Shown: positions 1 through 9,223 of the stretch, in pieces
Layout: each line of letters begins with the position of its first letter
Numbering within the stretch: the first letter of the stretch is position 1
NCBI GenBank assembly: GCA_011364975.1
Contig: RDOE01000039.1
Span: forward strand, 1 to 31,766
Source: Promethearchaeota archaeon
Lineage (GTDB): Archaea > Asgardarchaeota > Lokiarchaeia > Sigyniarchaeales > SOKP01
Direction: 5' to 3'
DNA length: 31,766 bases
Position numbers and translations under genes: made by a program
The notes under the pieces: generated by a model
Database searches by the model: none
What the model saw: only the letters and a program-made list of their open reading frames with translations
What the model was told of the DNA's origin: nothing

Positions 1-2
1 AT

Positions 3-1349
3 CTGAATTCAGATTTAGGAGAAGCAATGATAAATTGTGATCCTAACGGTCCTTTAATTATTTGCTTAAGTAAAGTACAAGCTGATAAACATCAATTAAT
101 CGCAACTGGTAGAATTTTTTCCGGAAGTTGTTCAAAAAAGGAACAAGTATTTCTATTAAGAGAAAAAAGTTATGAAACAATTCAAAGAACTGCAATCTTT
201 ATGGGGCAAAGAAGAGAGCAGGTTGATAGTGTTCCCGTAGGTAACATCGTTGCAATAGAAGGTTTAAAGCAATTAAAGAGTGGTGAGACAATCGTAAATC
301 CGGACTACACTAATAAAATGATTCCCTTTGAAAACGTGAGATACGTATCAACACCCGTAGTAACAATTTCAATAGAACCAGAATTCTTGAGAGATATTGA
401 AAAAATGAAGGAGTTAGTAGAAAATCTGTTAATTGAAGATCCTAATTTAAAATTTGAGATAAATGAAGATAATGGTGAGTTCTTACTGTCAGGGATGGGA
501 CCGCTTCATCTTGAAGTCACTGCAAATGAAATAGAGAAGAGAGGAGTTAAGGTAACAGTTTCTGAACCACGTGCTGTATATAAAGAGTCTTGTAGAAGCT
601 TTTCTTCACAAATTTCAGTAAAATCTCCAAATTATCAAAATTATCTTAAGATGAGAGTGGCAAGACTTGATGAAAAAACAATTCGTTTTCTCCAAAGTAT
701 TGATATTAACACTATCAAACCCATTAGTAAATTAAAGAATTTAATAAAGGAGAGAACCACTCTGAAAGAGGAGGAGATAGAATACATATGGAAAGTGGAT
801 GAAAATTTAAATATGTTGATTTTTGAAGCTAATGGAGTATATAATGAATTTGAAAAGAATACTATCTTAGAGGTTATTGAAAAAATGCAATTAAATGGTC
901 CTCTTTGTGGAGAAAAGCTAACTGAAATCAAACTTATAGTGGAAGAATTAGAAATAAGTGAAAAAGATGATGAAGTTCTTTTTACTGACTTAGCTTCCAT
1001 GTTCTATGATGCATTTAAAAGAGCATTGAATGAGGCAGAATTAGTTTTACTTGAACCAATATATCATACAATCATTCAATTACCTCCAGATTATATCAAA
1101 AATACGCTCTCATTATTATCCAAGTATTCTGCAAAGGTTAAGACTATAAACCAGGATAAGGATTATCAAGCTACAATCGAGATTTTAATTCCTGTGCGTA
1201 ATTCAATAAAATTTGCAGAAGATATACGTTCAGCAACTTCAGGGAGGGCGTTCTGGCAAAATGAATTCTATGCTTTCTTAGAAGTACCCGATCATGAAGC
1301 TAAAACTGTTATAGACAACTTAAAGTTCACAAAAGGTTTAAGCTGGTAA
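3..1349 (+). CDS. fusA: Elongation factor 2 family GTPase, divergent paralog (aEF-2p-like); 5'-truncated by window edge (domains II-V)
   Basis: Frame is open from base 3 (LNSDLGEAMINCDPNGP). EF-2 motifs GRIFSG, EDPNL..GEFLLSGMGPLHLE, GPLCGE, LLEPIY and IRSATSGRAFW are present. The diphthamide loop is not conserved. Confidence 0.9.
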   Translation: MNSDLGEAMINCDPNGPLIICLSKVQADKHQLIATGRIFSGSCSKKEQVFLLREKSYETIQRTAIFMGQRREQVDSVPVGNIVAIEGLKQLKSGETIVNPDYTNKMIPFENVRYVSTPVVTISIEPEFLRDIEKMKELVENLLIEDPNLKFEINEDNGEFLLSGMGPLHLEVTANEIEKRGVKVTVSEPRAVYKESCRSFSSQISVKSPNYQNYLKMRVARLDEKTIRFLQSIDINTIKPISKLKNLIKERTTLKEEEIEYIWKVDENLNMLIFEANGVYNEFEKNTILEVIEKMQLNGPLCGEKLTEIKLIVEELEISEKDDEVLFTDLASMFYDAFKRALNEAELVLLEPIYHTIIQLPPDYIKNTLSLLSKYSAKVKTINQDKDYQATIEILIPVRNSIKFAEDIRSATSGRAFWQNEFYAFLEVPDHEAKTVIDNLKFTKGLSW

Positions 1350-1450
1350 GTTATACTTGAAAAATTACATACTGGACAATCTCTTATAATAAGTCAAATT
1401 GAGATAGAGAATGTATAATAGTGTGAAGTAGCAGTGTTATAAAATTTTAT

Positions 1451-1457
1451 AAAAAAA
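1451..1457 (-). terminator. Oligo-T tract, probable archaeal terminator of the tRNA gene
   Basis: T7 on the minus strand about 10 nt downstream of the tRNA 3' end. Confidence 0.5.
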
Positions 1458-1466
1458 GATTGAGAG

Positions 1467-1537
1467 TGCGCCCGCCGGGATTTGAACCCGGGTCCTCGGA
1501 ATGGGAATCCGAGATTCTACCACTATACTACGAGCGC
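1467..1537 (-). tRNA. tRNA-Gly (anticodon CCC), intronless, CCA not encoded
   Basis: Reverse complement folds as a cloverleaf: acceptor GCGCTCG/CGGGCGC, D-loop with TGG, anticodon stem TCGGA/TCCGA with loop TTCCCAT, T-arm CCGGG-TTCAAAT-CCCGG, discriminator A. Confidence 0.95.
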
Positions 1538-1561
1538 TTAAAAAGAAGGGATAAAAAGGAA

Positions 1562-1576
1562 TTTTAATAGTTCTTT
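1562..1576 (-). promoter_or_regulatory. Putative BRE/TATA promoter of tRNA-Gly
   Basis: Minus strand reads AAAGAAC-TATTAAAA, 25-39 nt upstream of the mature tRNA 5' end. Confidence 0.5.
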
Positions 1577-1834
1577 TTTAAGACTTTTTTTAGTCTCTTT
1601 TCACATTTAAAAAGAAATATTTACGTTCCTAATTAACGAACAATGTTTATTTTGATTTAAAATTTAATTATTTTCATTTCATTATTGTATAAGATGCATG
1701 GGGGATAAACTTTGATTTCTTAATCCCATTCTCCGCCACCATTTCAAAAGAATTAATTCAGTTCATTAGACGGGTTGAGATTTATCAAAAAGAAGTAATA
1801 TTTGTACCATAATTAAAATTGGTGATACTAAAGC

Positions 1835-4498
1835 ATGGTTTATCAAAAAGAAAAAAAATCTGATGAGTTTATTCTACCTTTAGAAAAATATAAAGTAATT
1901 GTTAATAATGTAATAGATATTGTTATCGAAATCGACCTAAATGGCACCTTTACCTACGTTAGTCCTCAATCAAAACAAATACTCGGATATAGTCCTTCTG
2001 AAGTAATCGGTAGAAAAGCACTTCGATATGTACATCCCGATGATTTGAGGGGAGTAATGAAGGTAATGGATGAAGCTATTCGGACTCGAACTCATTTATC
2101 ATTTGAGTATAGGGCTAAACATAAAGAAGGCTATTATATTCATGTGTATGCTAAAGGTGGAATCGTTGAGGTGGATGAACAAGAGCGACTTGTGGGAATT
2201 GTTCGAGATAATACTGATAAAAAATTAGCAGAAGAGACTTTAAACGAATCAAAGGAAAAATATCGAAATTTATTTGAAAAATCCCCAATTCTCATATTTC
2301 TCGTAGATATAGGTGGCAAAATTATCGATTATAACGATACAGCAGTTAATTTTATAAGCTATACTCGAGATGAGTTGATCGGAAAGAATTTTCAAGATCT
2401 TAATATAAATAGCCCTTCTACCATGGAAATTTTGAAAAATAAGTTTAAAGAAGTATTAAAATGTGGAAAATTAGGCCCGATAGAGTTTAAAATTGATACA
2501 CCAAAAGTAAAGCTAAAGTGGATAAGATTACAAGCTTCACTTGTAAATCTGGGGAAAAAAATTATTATTCAGGTATTAATTGAGAATATTTCGGAAAAAA
2601 AAGAAACCGAAAAATTATTATTAGAATCTGAAAAAAACTATAGAAATATTATAGAAAACACAAAAGAAGCAGTAGTTATTATTGATTTAAATGGAAATTT
2701 AACATATACTTCACCACAATTATCAGATATTTTAAAGGGGAAAAAATTTTCGCAAACGAGCCGATTTTTTAAAGATATCCACAGGGAAGATGTAGGTAAA
2801 GTAATCAAATTTTTCAAGAAAGTTATTATTCAAAAGAATGTACCCGAGGAAATACTTGAGTTTAGAATACTAGACAATAAGGGAAACTATATTTGGTTGT
2901 CTAGTACTCCAAAAAATTATTATAATGATAAGGGAGAGAGTATTGGCTTCATAACAACATTAAGAGAAATTACAGATAAGATCATGGCTGAAAAAAAGTT
3001 ACAAGAGTCGGAAGAGCGATATCGTCTTATTACAGAAAACTCAAACGATTTAATAAGAGTTTTAGATGAAGATTTTAGAGTAGAATATTTAAATAGGCAT
3101 ACTCATAGCCAAATTTTAGGATATACTGAGGAAGATTTGATAGGGGAACACGATATTATTTTGAACCACCCGGAGGATTATCCATTGGTTAGGCGTCGCA
3201 TGTTAACACTTTTTAAAAAGAAAGAGTTAGTTTATGAATCCCGAATGAAACATAAAAATGGTAATTGGATATGGTTTGAAGTAAAAGCTAAAATGTTTAA
3301 GGATGATAAAGGAAACCAAAAGTATCTTTTCATTTCAAGAGATATAACAGAAAGGAAGTTAGCAGAAAAAAGAATAAAAGAGTCAGAACAAAAATTTAAG
3401 AATTTATATGAAAATTCTCCGAATGCTATTGTAGTAACAGATTTTTATGGTAAAATTCTAGATCAAAACAGCGCTGTGGAAAAGATTTTTGAATATAAAC
3501 TAGAAGAGACAAAAGGAAAATATTTTGGAAATTTTGACATTTTTAGTAATGAACAGATATTATTAATAAGGAAAGGAATTAAGGAGCAAATTAAAGGAGT
3601 AAAGGTGCCCCCAATCGAGCTATGTGTCAAGAATAAACATGGTAAAGAGAAATGGATAACCCATCAAACTTCAGTGATCAATTTAGAAGATGAATTAATA
3701 ATTGAAACAATTATTCAAGATATAACCGAACGTAAGAAAGCAGAAGAAATAATAAAAGATGAAAATAGAAGACTATTAGAATTAAATACAATGAAGAATG
3801 AACTTGTATCAAGAGTTTCGCATGAATTAAAGACACCGCTAAATTCAATTTATGGGGGTGCTCAAATATTAATAGAGCTCTACAAAGATAAAACTTGTAA
3901 TGAAGCTCAAGAATTTATTGAAATGATATATAAGGGAGGGAAGCGACTAAAAATTTTAGTCGAGAATTTGCTTGATATTTCTAGAATTGATTCAGGAAAG
4001 TTAAAATTAAACCTTAAAAGATCAGATATTGTTCAAATAATAAAAGAATGCGTAGAAGAAGCAAAATACTTAATTAATCAAAGGAATTTGAACATCAATT
4101 TAGATTTACCTTTTAATCTTTATTTAGAAGTAGATATGATTAGAATCGGACAAGTTATTACTAATCTGCTTTCTAATGCTGTAAAAAATACACCCAATAA
4201 TGGATTAATAAATATCAAATTAACAGATATGGACAATAGCATACTGATTTCCATTGAAGATTCTGGCGTAGGTTTAACTTCTAATGAGATGGAAAAATTA
4301 TTTAAAAAGTTCGGCAAGATTGAGAGATATGGTCAAATGATGGATGTGGATATAGAAGGAACTGGTTTAGGACTATATATCTCTAAAGAAATAGTTGATC
4401 TTCATGGAGGAATTATATGGGTTGAATCTGAGGGCCAAAACAAGGGAGCAATATTTAAAGTAAAACTTTTTAAAAATCCTGATTTACTTTTGAGATAA
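1835..4498 (+). CDS. Cytoplasmic sensor histidine kinase with five tandem PAS domains
   Basis: Five PAS/PAC repeats ending in D/E-I-T-E/D-R/K-K-like linkers. H-box VSHELKTPL, N-box NLLSNAVK, G1 DSGVG, G2 GTGLGL. No TM segment. GGTGAT Shine-Dalgarno at 1821-1826. Confidence 0.95.
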   Translation: MVYQKEKKSDEFILPLEKYKVIVNNVIDIVIEIDLNGTFTYVSPQSKQILGYSPSEVIGRKALRYVHPDDLRGVMKVMDEAIRTRTHLSFEYRAKHKEGYYIHVYAKGGIVEVDEQERLVGIVRDNTDKKLAEETLNESKEKYRNLFEKSPILIFLVDIGGKIIDYNDTAVNFISYTRDELIGKNFQDLNINSPSTMEILKNKFKEVLKCGKLGPIEFKIDTPKVKLKWIRLQASLVNLGKKIIIQVLIENISEKKETEKLLLESEKNYRNIIENTKEAVVIIDLNGNLTYTSPQLSDILKGKKFSQTSRFFKDIHREDVGKVIKFFKKVIIQKNVPEEILEFRILDNKGNYIWLSSTPKNYYNDKGESIGFITTLREITDKIMAEKKLQESEERYRLITENSNDLIRVLDEDFRVEYLNRHTHSQILGYTEEDLIGEHDIILNHPEDYPLVRRRMLTLFKKKELVYESRMKHKNGNWIWFEVKAKMFKDDKGNQKYLFISRDITERKLAEKRIKESEQKFKNLYENSPNAIVVTDFYGKILDQNSAVEKIFEYKLEETKGKYFGNFDIFSNEQILLIRKGIKEQIKGVKVPPIELCVKNKHGKEKWITHQTSVINLEDELIIETIIQDITERKKAEEIIKDENRRLLELNTMKNELVSRVSHELKTPLNSIYGGAQILIELYKDKTCNEAQEFIEMIYKGGKRLKILVENLLDISRIDSGKLKLNLKRSDIVQIIKECVEEAKYLINQRNLNINLDLPFNLYLEVDMIRIGQVITNLLSNAVKNTPNNGLINIKLTDMDNSILISIEDSGVGLTSNEMEKLFKKFGKIERYGQMMDVDIEGTGLGLYISKEIVDLHGGIIWVESEGQNKGAIFKVKLFKNPDLLLR

Positions 4499-4614
4499 AT
4501 AATTAATCTCTTAGCATTTTATTATAGATTTAAAGTTAGAATTTTATCTCATAAATGAAAAATTTTTAATAATTAAGAGGTTCTATTAAAATAATAATTA
4601 TCTAAATAGAGAAG

Positions 4615-5301
4615 TTGTTTGGTTTGGAATTTAAAGAAATAAAATTTGAAACCGATATAGGAATAATTAGTACTGATGCTTTACTTGTTGTTGACATGCA
4701 ATACGACTTTATGCCCGGTGGAGCTTTACCTGTTGAAGCCGGTGATGAAATAATCAAGGGCATCAATGAGGTTGCACAAGCTTTTTTCAATAAAAAAGCT
4801 AAAATAATTTTAACACAGGATTGGCATCCTAAAAATCATTTATCATTCGCAAGTAATCACCCCGGAAAAAATCCAGGGGATAAATATCAAACTGAAGCTA
4901 TAGGACCAGTTTTATGGCCAGATCATTGTGTACAAGGAACTCATGGTGCCAACTTTCATGAAGACCTAAACTTAGATGTAGCTCATGCCATAATACGTAA
5001 AGGATATAATCCAAATATTGATAGTTATTCAGGATTTTTAGAAAATGATAAGAAATCTGAAACAGGATTAGCTGGATTACTTAAATCTTTGAGAATTAAG
5101 AGAATTTTCATTTGTGGTTTGGCATTAGATTATTGTTGTTACTTTTCAGCTATAGATGGAAAAAGTTTTGGATTTAATGTTATTTTTATGCCAAACCTAT
5201 CAAAAGGGATTGATATTCCATCTGGTAATATTTCAATATCTTTAGAAGCAATGAAAAAACAGGGAATCAAATTCGCAAATAATAATAGTTTTAAATCCTA
5301 A
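4615..5301 (+). CDS. pncA: Nicotinamidase/pyrazinamidase (isochorismatase family)
   Basis: VVDMQYDFMPGGAL, QDWHP, LWPDHCVQGT, IRKG..DSYSGF and GLALDYC motifs. The exact start (TTG 4615 or 4624) is uncertain. Confidence 0.92.
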   Translation: MFGLEFKEIKFETDIGIISTDALLVVDMQYDFMPGGALPVEAGDEIIKGINEVAQAFFNKKAKIILTQDWHPKNHLSFASNHPGKNPGDKYQTEAIGPVLWPDHCVQGTHGANFHEDLNLDVAHAIIRKGYNPNIDSYSGFLENDKKSETGLAGLLKSLRIKRIFICGLALDYCCYFSAIDGKSFGFNVIFMPNLSKGIDIPSGNISISLEAMKKQGIKFANNNSFKS

Positions 5302-5377
5302 AATTATTTAGCTTTAAAGTTTTAAAGATTCCATTCATTTATTATTTTAAAATCTATATTAACTTTTTACGATAAAA

Positions 5378-5866
5378 TTGAATATTATTAAAATTAATAA
5401 CTTTCCATATAAATCTGTATTAGTTGTTTGTAGTGTAAGTACAGCAAGAAGCCCAATGACGGTAGGTTATCTAAGGAATATTTTTAAAGCGAATCAATTA
5501 CATATTGAAGTAAAATCGGGTGGAATTGCTTCTAATGCTAGGGATGGAATGTTAATTTCTCTTGACGCAAAATTAGCTATGAAAGAAGATGGAATAGAGT
5601 TACCAGATGAATCGTTATCTATTGATTTAAAGAAACATCCGGAATATATCGATAAAGCAGATTTAATATTAACCTTAACTAAAAAGCATAAAAAGGAAAT
5701 TTCTAAATTTTTAAAATCAAATAACAAGACATTATTAACTCTTAAGGAGTTCGCTCATGAAACTGGAGATATTGAGGATCCCTCAATGAAAGGAATTGAA
5801 GGATTTCGTTTAGCCAGAGATGATATAAAGCATTGTATAATGAAAGGATTAAAAAATTATGAGTGA
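5378..5866 (+). CDS. Low-molecular-weight protein-tyrosine-phosphatase / ArsC family protein
   Basis: N-terminal CX5R(S) loop (VVCSVSTARS), ADLILTL and DIEDP general-acid motif. Confidence 0.85.
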   Translation: MNIIKINNFPYKSVLVVCSVSTARSPMTVGYLRNIFKANQLHIEVKSGGIASNARDGMLISLDAKLAMKEDGIELPDESLSIDLKKHPEYIDKADLILTLTKKHKKEISKFLKSNNKTLLTLKEFAHETGDIEDPSMKGIEGFRLARDDIKHCIMKGLKNYE

Positions 5867-6717
5867 AATTAATGATTGAATATATAATCGTTGCGATTCT
5901 CCAGGGATTATTTGAATGGTTACCGATATCATCTTCTGGCCAAGTTATGATTTTTTCATTGAATTTTCTTGGAATCACACCAGAAAATGCTTATAGTCTT
6001 AGTATATGGCTACATCTTGGTACTACTATCGCTGTAATCATTAAGATGAGAAAGGATTATATTCAAATTCTTAAAAGTTTCTTACCAAAGACATTCAAAT
6101 CAACTGAGAGTGAGAGGAAAAAAAGGAATTGGTTGATATATACCACTATTGGAACAGTTATTACAGCAATACCTCTTTATTTTATTTTTAGATTTCTAAT
6201 ACTGGGTGTTTTTTCTGCCGATCAGGGAGACTTTTTAACCTTATTGATTTCTGGGCTTTTAATAGTAACTGGTATCGTAATATTAACTTTTAAGAAAAGT
6301 TACGGTAAAAAAGAAATTGAATCGACTCAAGGAAAAGAATTATTAAGGGATTCCATAATTTCGGGATTATTTCAAGGTGTAGCAGTACTCCCAGGAATTT
6401 CAAGATCGGGATTTACTGTATCTACTATTCTTCTCGAAAATTATAAACAAGATCAGTCCCTAAGACTAAGCTTTTTAATGTCTGTTCCCGTTGCTTTAGG
6501 TTCCATCGCAGTAGATATTATATTTGGAGAGGGATCAGTTTTTGGAAATTTAGATCTTATTACAATTGTGGTAATCACGGGTATAAGTTTTATTGTAGGC
6601 TATTTTTCAATGGAATTATTATTAAGAATAGCACAAAAAATAAATTTCAGTTATTTTTGTATTTTTTATGGTATTATTTCTTTCTTAATAATCATTCCTT
6701 TTATAATAGTATCTTAA
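5863..6717 (+). CDS. uppP: Undecaprenyl/polyprenyl-diphosphate phosphatase (BacA/UppP family)
   Basis: QGLFEWLPISSSGQ, HLGT, QGVAVLPGISRSG and SFLMSVP motifs with multiple TM helices. GTGA overlap with the upstream stop. Confidence 0.9.
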   Translation: MKLMIEYIIVAILQGLFEWLPISSSGQVMIFSLNFLGITPENAYSLSIWLHLGTTIAVIIKMRKDYIQILKSFLPKTFKSTESERKKRNWLIYTTIGTVITAIPLYFIFRFLILGVFSADQGDFLTLLISGLLIVTGIVILTFKKSYGKKEIESTQGKELLRDSIISGLFQGVAVLPGISRSGFTVSTILLENYKQDQSLRLSFLMSVPVALGSIAVDIIFGEGSVFGNLDLITIVVITGISFIVGYFSMELLLRIAQKINFSYFCIFYGIISFLIIIPFIIVS

Positions 6718-6720
6718 TCT

Positions 6721-7614
6721 TTATAAACTTCGAATATAATCAAGAATATAGTTTGCAAGAACGATTTCAACATTTTTAATTCCTTTAAACCCCGGAAAAT
6801 CATTTAAATCAACTAAATAAAAACGATCATCATCTAAAGGTTTAATTAAGTCATAACCAAATATTTTTAGATTTAGTTCTTTCGATAATATTTTAGTTAA
6901 ATGCCTAATATCGTCTTTGATTTTTATTTCATTTCGCTCTAAGCTATCAACATCAATATCCTGAGGATTTTTTTTCATAAAAAGATAAATTGGGTTTTCT
7001 CTCTTTACACCAAAAACATTATCTCCAATGACATAAATTTTTCTATCAATACCATCGCATTCTATGAATTTTTGTACATAAATATCATAATAAATAAAAT
7101 TCTTATATCGATCATAGAAGGTTTGAAGTTCTTCCATATTTCTCAATAAAAAGTTGAATCGGTTATACTTATCATGTTGATTATGACTTTTCAGAACGAT
7201 TGGTAGTTTAGATCTTGCCCAGCTCCTAAATTTCTTTTTGTTTTTCGAGTTTTGAATCCAAGAAGGTGGTAATAGAAAAGATTTTAGCTCATTTTCATTC
7301 CTCGTAAAAATATCTCTTAATGAGTAATCAAGTGCGATTTTATTTTTACATTTAAGAACGGAGTAAACATCATGTATAGCGGGTATGCTCTTTATATTTG
7401 CATAGTGAAGTATGTCTATAGAGCATTCATTTCTTACTTTTACAATATAACATTGTGCCTCTCTAAATACTTTGGGCATACGAGAGAGGTTAAAGAATTG
7501 TGTTGTAGGATCATGGAAAATAAATTCAATTTCTTCAGATTTCTTTAATAAATTAATTAGATTTCCAATTACCTCATGATCTTGTCGTGCCGAAAAAATA
7601 ACTTTTTTAACCAT
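6721..7614 (-). CDS. ATP-grasp protein, ITPK1 (inositol tris/tetrakisphosphate kinase)-like, copy A
   Basis: YVQKFIECDGIDRKIYVIG..KR and IFGYDLI..YLVDLNDFPGF resemble the ITPK1 QxFxxH..KVxVxG and FGxD..IDxNxFPGY motifs (D-x-N, not the E-x-N of RimK). Confidence 0.8.
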   Translation of the reverse strand: MVKKVIFSARQDHEVIGNLINLLKKSEEIEFIFHDPTTQFFNLSRMPKVFREAQCYIVKVRNECSIDILHYANIKSIPAIHDVYSVLKCKNKIALDYSLRDIFTRNENELKSFLLPPSWIQNSKNKKKFRSWARSKLPIVLKSHNQHDKYNRFNFLLRNMEELQTFYDRYKNFIYYDIYVQKFIECDGIDRKIYVIGDNVFGVKRENPIYLFMKKNPQDIDVDSLERNEIKIKDDIRHLTKILSKELNLKIFGYDLIKPLDDDRFYLVDLNDFPGFKGIKNVEIVLANYILDYIRSL

Positions 7615-7709
7615 TCGAAGGATTTTTAATTAATTCCAAAAGTAATTTTTTAAGTAATATATTTAATAAGAATAATTAGTTTTTATGAAAAAAAATAACC
7701 GCATGTCAT

Positions 7710-9017
7710 ATGAAAGAAAAAGCATTTAGTGGATTTTTATTAAAACAAGTGTTTTTAATTGGAATGCTGTATATGGGAGATTATTTATTTTTCTTTTTTG
7801 AGCAAAATTATTTCAATACTTATTTAGATCATGTACTTTATCTTCCAGAATTGCATATCTCTATTATGGTTTCGTTATCTGCAACTGTTGGACTTATTAC
7901 CATGTATCTTTGGGGCATAATAAGTGATAATACTCGTTCAAAATTTGGAAGGCGTAGACCATTCTTGTTACTTGGCGTCGTAGCTGGAGCGGGTATGTTA
8001 CTTTATAGTCTTGCATATTGGATGTTCGGTCAGACTCCGATTGCTTATATTTGGTGTTTGATTATAGATGTGTTAATAATTGGTATCTCTTCAAATGCAT
8101 TTTTAGTCGCTGAGAGAGCTTTAATACCAGACACTATAGAAATTGGAAAAAGAGGCAGAGCAAATGGAATTATTAATTCAATAAGTTATTTTGGGTTATT
8201 AATAGGTGTAGCATTCTTATTGCTTGGAAATGAACTATTTGGAATACCTGACCCTCGTGATACTACTCCTCCGATTGGTACAATAATTACACAGGACGGA
8301 CATTTCATATTGCTTTCAGTTGGAGGTATTGTTTTTATAATCGTTTCTATAATTGGGTTTGCTTTCATTAAAGAAAAACCAATTTCAGTGCTATCGGAGA
8401 AAAAAAAGTTTTTTGCGGAAATAAAGCAAACGTTCGATATTGCAGAATTGAAGTCTCAAAAGGAATTTTATAAAATCCTTCTGGCTTTTGTCGTTTTCCA
8501 ATCAGGGATCGCTTCTGTTATGCCATTCCTCTTTATATTTATCTTTAGTCTTGGTCTTACTACTATAGAACTCTTACTTGCAATTATTATTGCATTTCCA
8601 ATACTATTCATAGCTACTTTATTTTTAGGAAAAGTTGCTGATAAGTTTGGTAGGAAAAAGTTTGTACCTTTGTCTATAGTGATTGTAAGTATCGGTTTCT
8701 TTATTATACCATTTGCTGGACTTCTTGGAGACAAAATATTATTCATGATTAGCTTACCTTTTGTCTTAGTTGGAATTTTAGCATTAGTAACACCTCTCAA
8801 TGCATGGTCACAAGATTTACTCCCAATAGATAAACGGGGAAAGTTTACAGGAATACTTAATGTCGTGAATACATTCTCTCAAATTATAGGATCCTTTGCA
8901 GGTGGTATTATCGCCATTTCTTTCGGAATTTCATGGATCTTTGTCTTAGGACCATTTTTCTTCCTAATTTCTATTCCACTCTTCTTAAAAGTGAAGGAAA
9001 CAGTTAAAACTGATTAG
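7710..9017 (+). CDS. MFS transporter (GPH/SLC45-like)
   Basis: About 12 hydrophobic segments, GIISDNTRSKFGRRRPF and GKVADKFGRK loop motifs. Confidence 0.9.
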   Translation: MKEKAFSGFLLKQVFLIGMLYMGDYLFFFFEQNYFNTYLDHVLYLPELHISIMVSLSATVGLITMYLWGIISDNTRSKFGRRRPFLLLGVVAGAGMLLYSLAYWMFGQTPIAYIWCLIIDVLIIGISSNAFLVAERALIPDTIEIGKRGRANGIINSISYFGLLIGVAFLLLGNELFGIPDPRDTTPPIGTIITQDGHFILLSVGGIVFIIVSIIGFAFIKEKPISVLSEKKKFFAEIKQTFDIAELKSQKEFYKILLAFVVFQSGIASVMPFLFIFIFSLGLTTIELLLAIIIAFPILFIATLFLGKVADKFGRKKFVPLSIVIVSIGFFIIPFAGLLGDKILFMISLPFVLVGILALVTPLNAWSQDLLPIDKRGKFTGILNVVNTFSQIIGSFAGGIIAISFGISWIFVLGPFFFLISIPLFLKVKETVKTD

Positions 9018-9142
9018 AAAAATCTTTTTTTCAGTTATATCTATTTATGATTTTCTCCTATTATCATTTTAAAATTTAAAATATTAATATTATGAGCTTT
9101 AATAACTATAATACATTAATCTTTAGGTAATTTCATGAATGC

Positions 9143-9158
9143 CGAAAAACTATTATAA
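9143..9158 (+). promoter_or_regulatory. Putative BRE/TATA promoter of inositol-phosphate synthase
   Basis: CGAAAAAC-TATTATAA about 65 nt upstream of ATG 9224. Confidence 0.45.
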
Positions 9159-9223
9159 CGATGTTTTCTTTTTCAATTAGTTCACTATCATTTAAATAAC
9201 ATAATTTGGATATAGAAGATATA

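Noticed and set aside
1350-1834. Integrative element inserted at tRNA-Gly
   Set aside because: No integrase, and no second copy of the tRNA-Gly 3' end was seen in the window.
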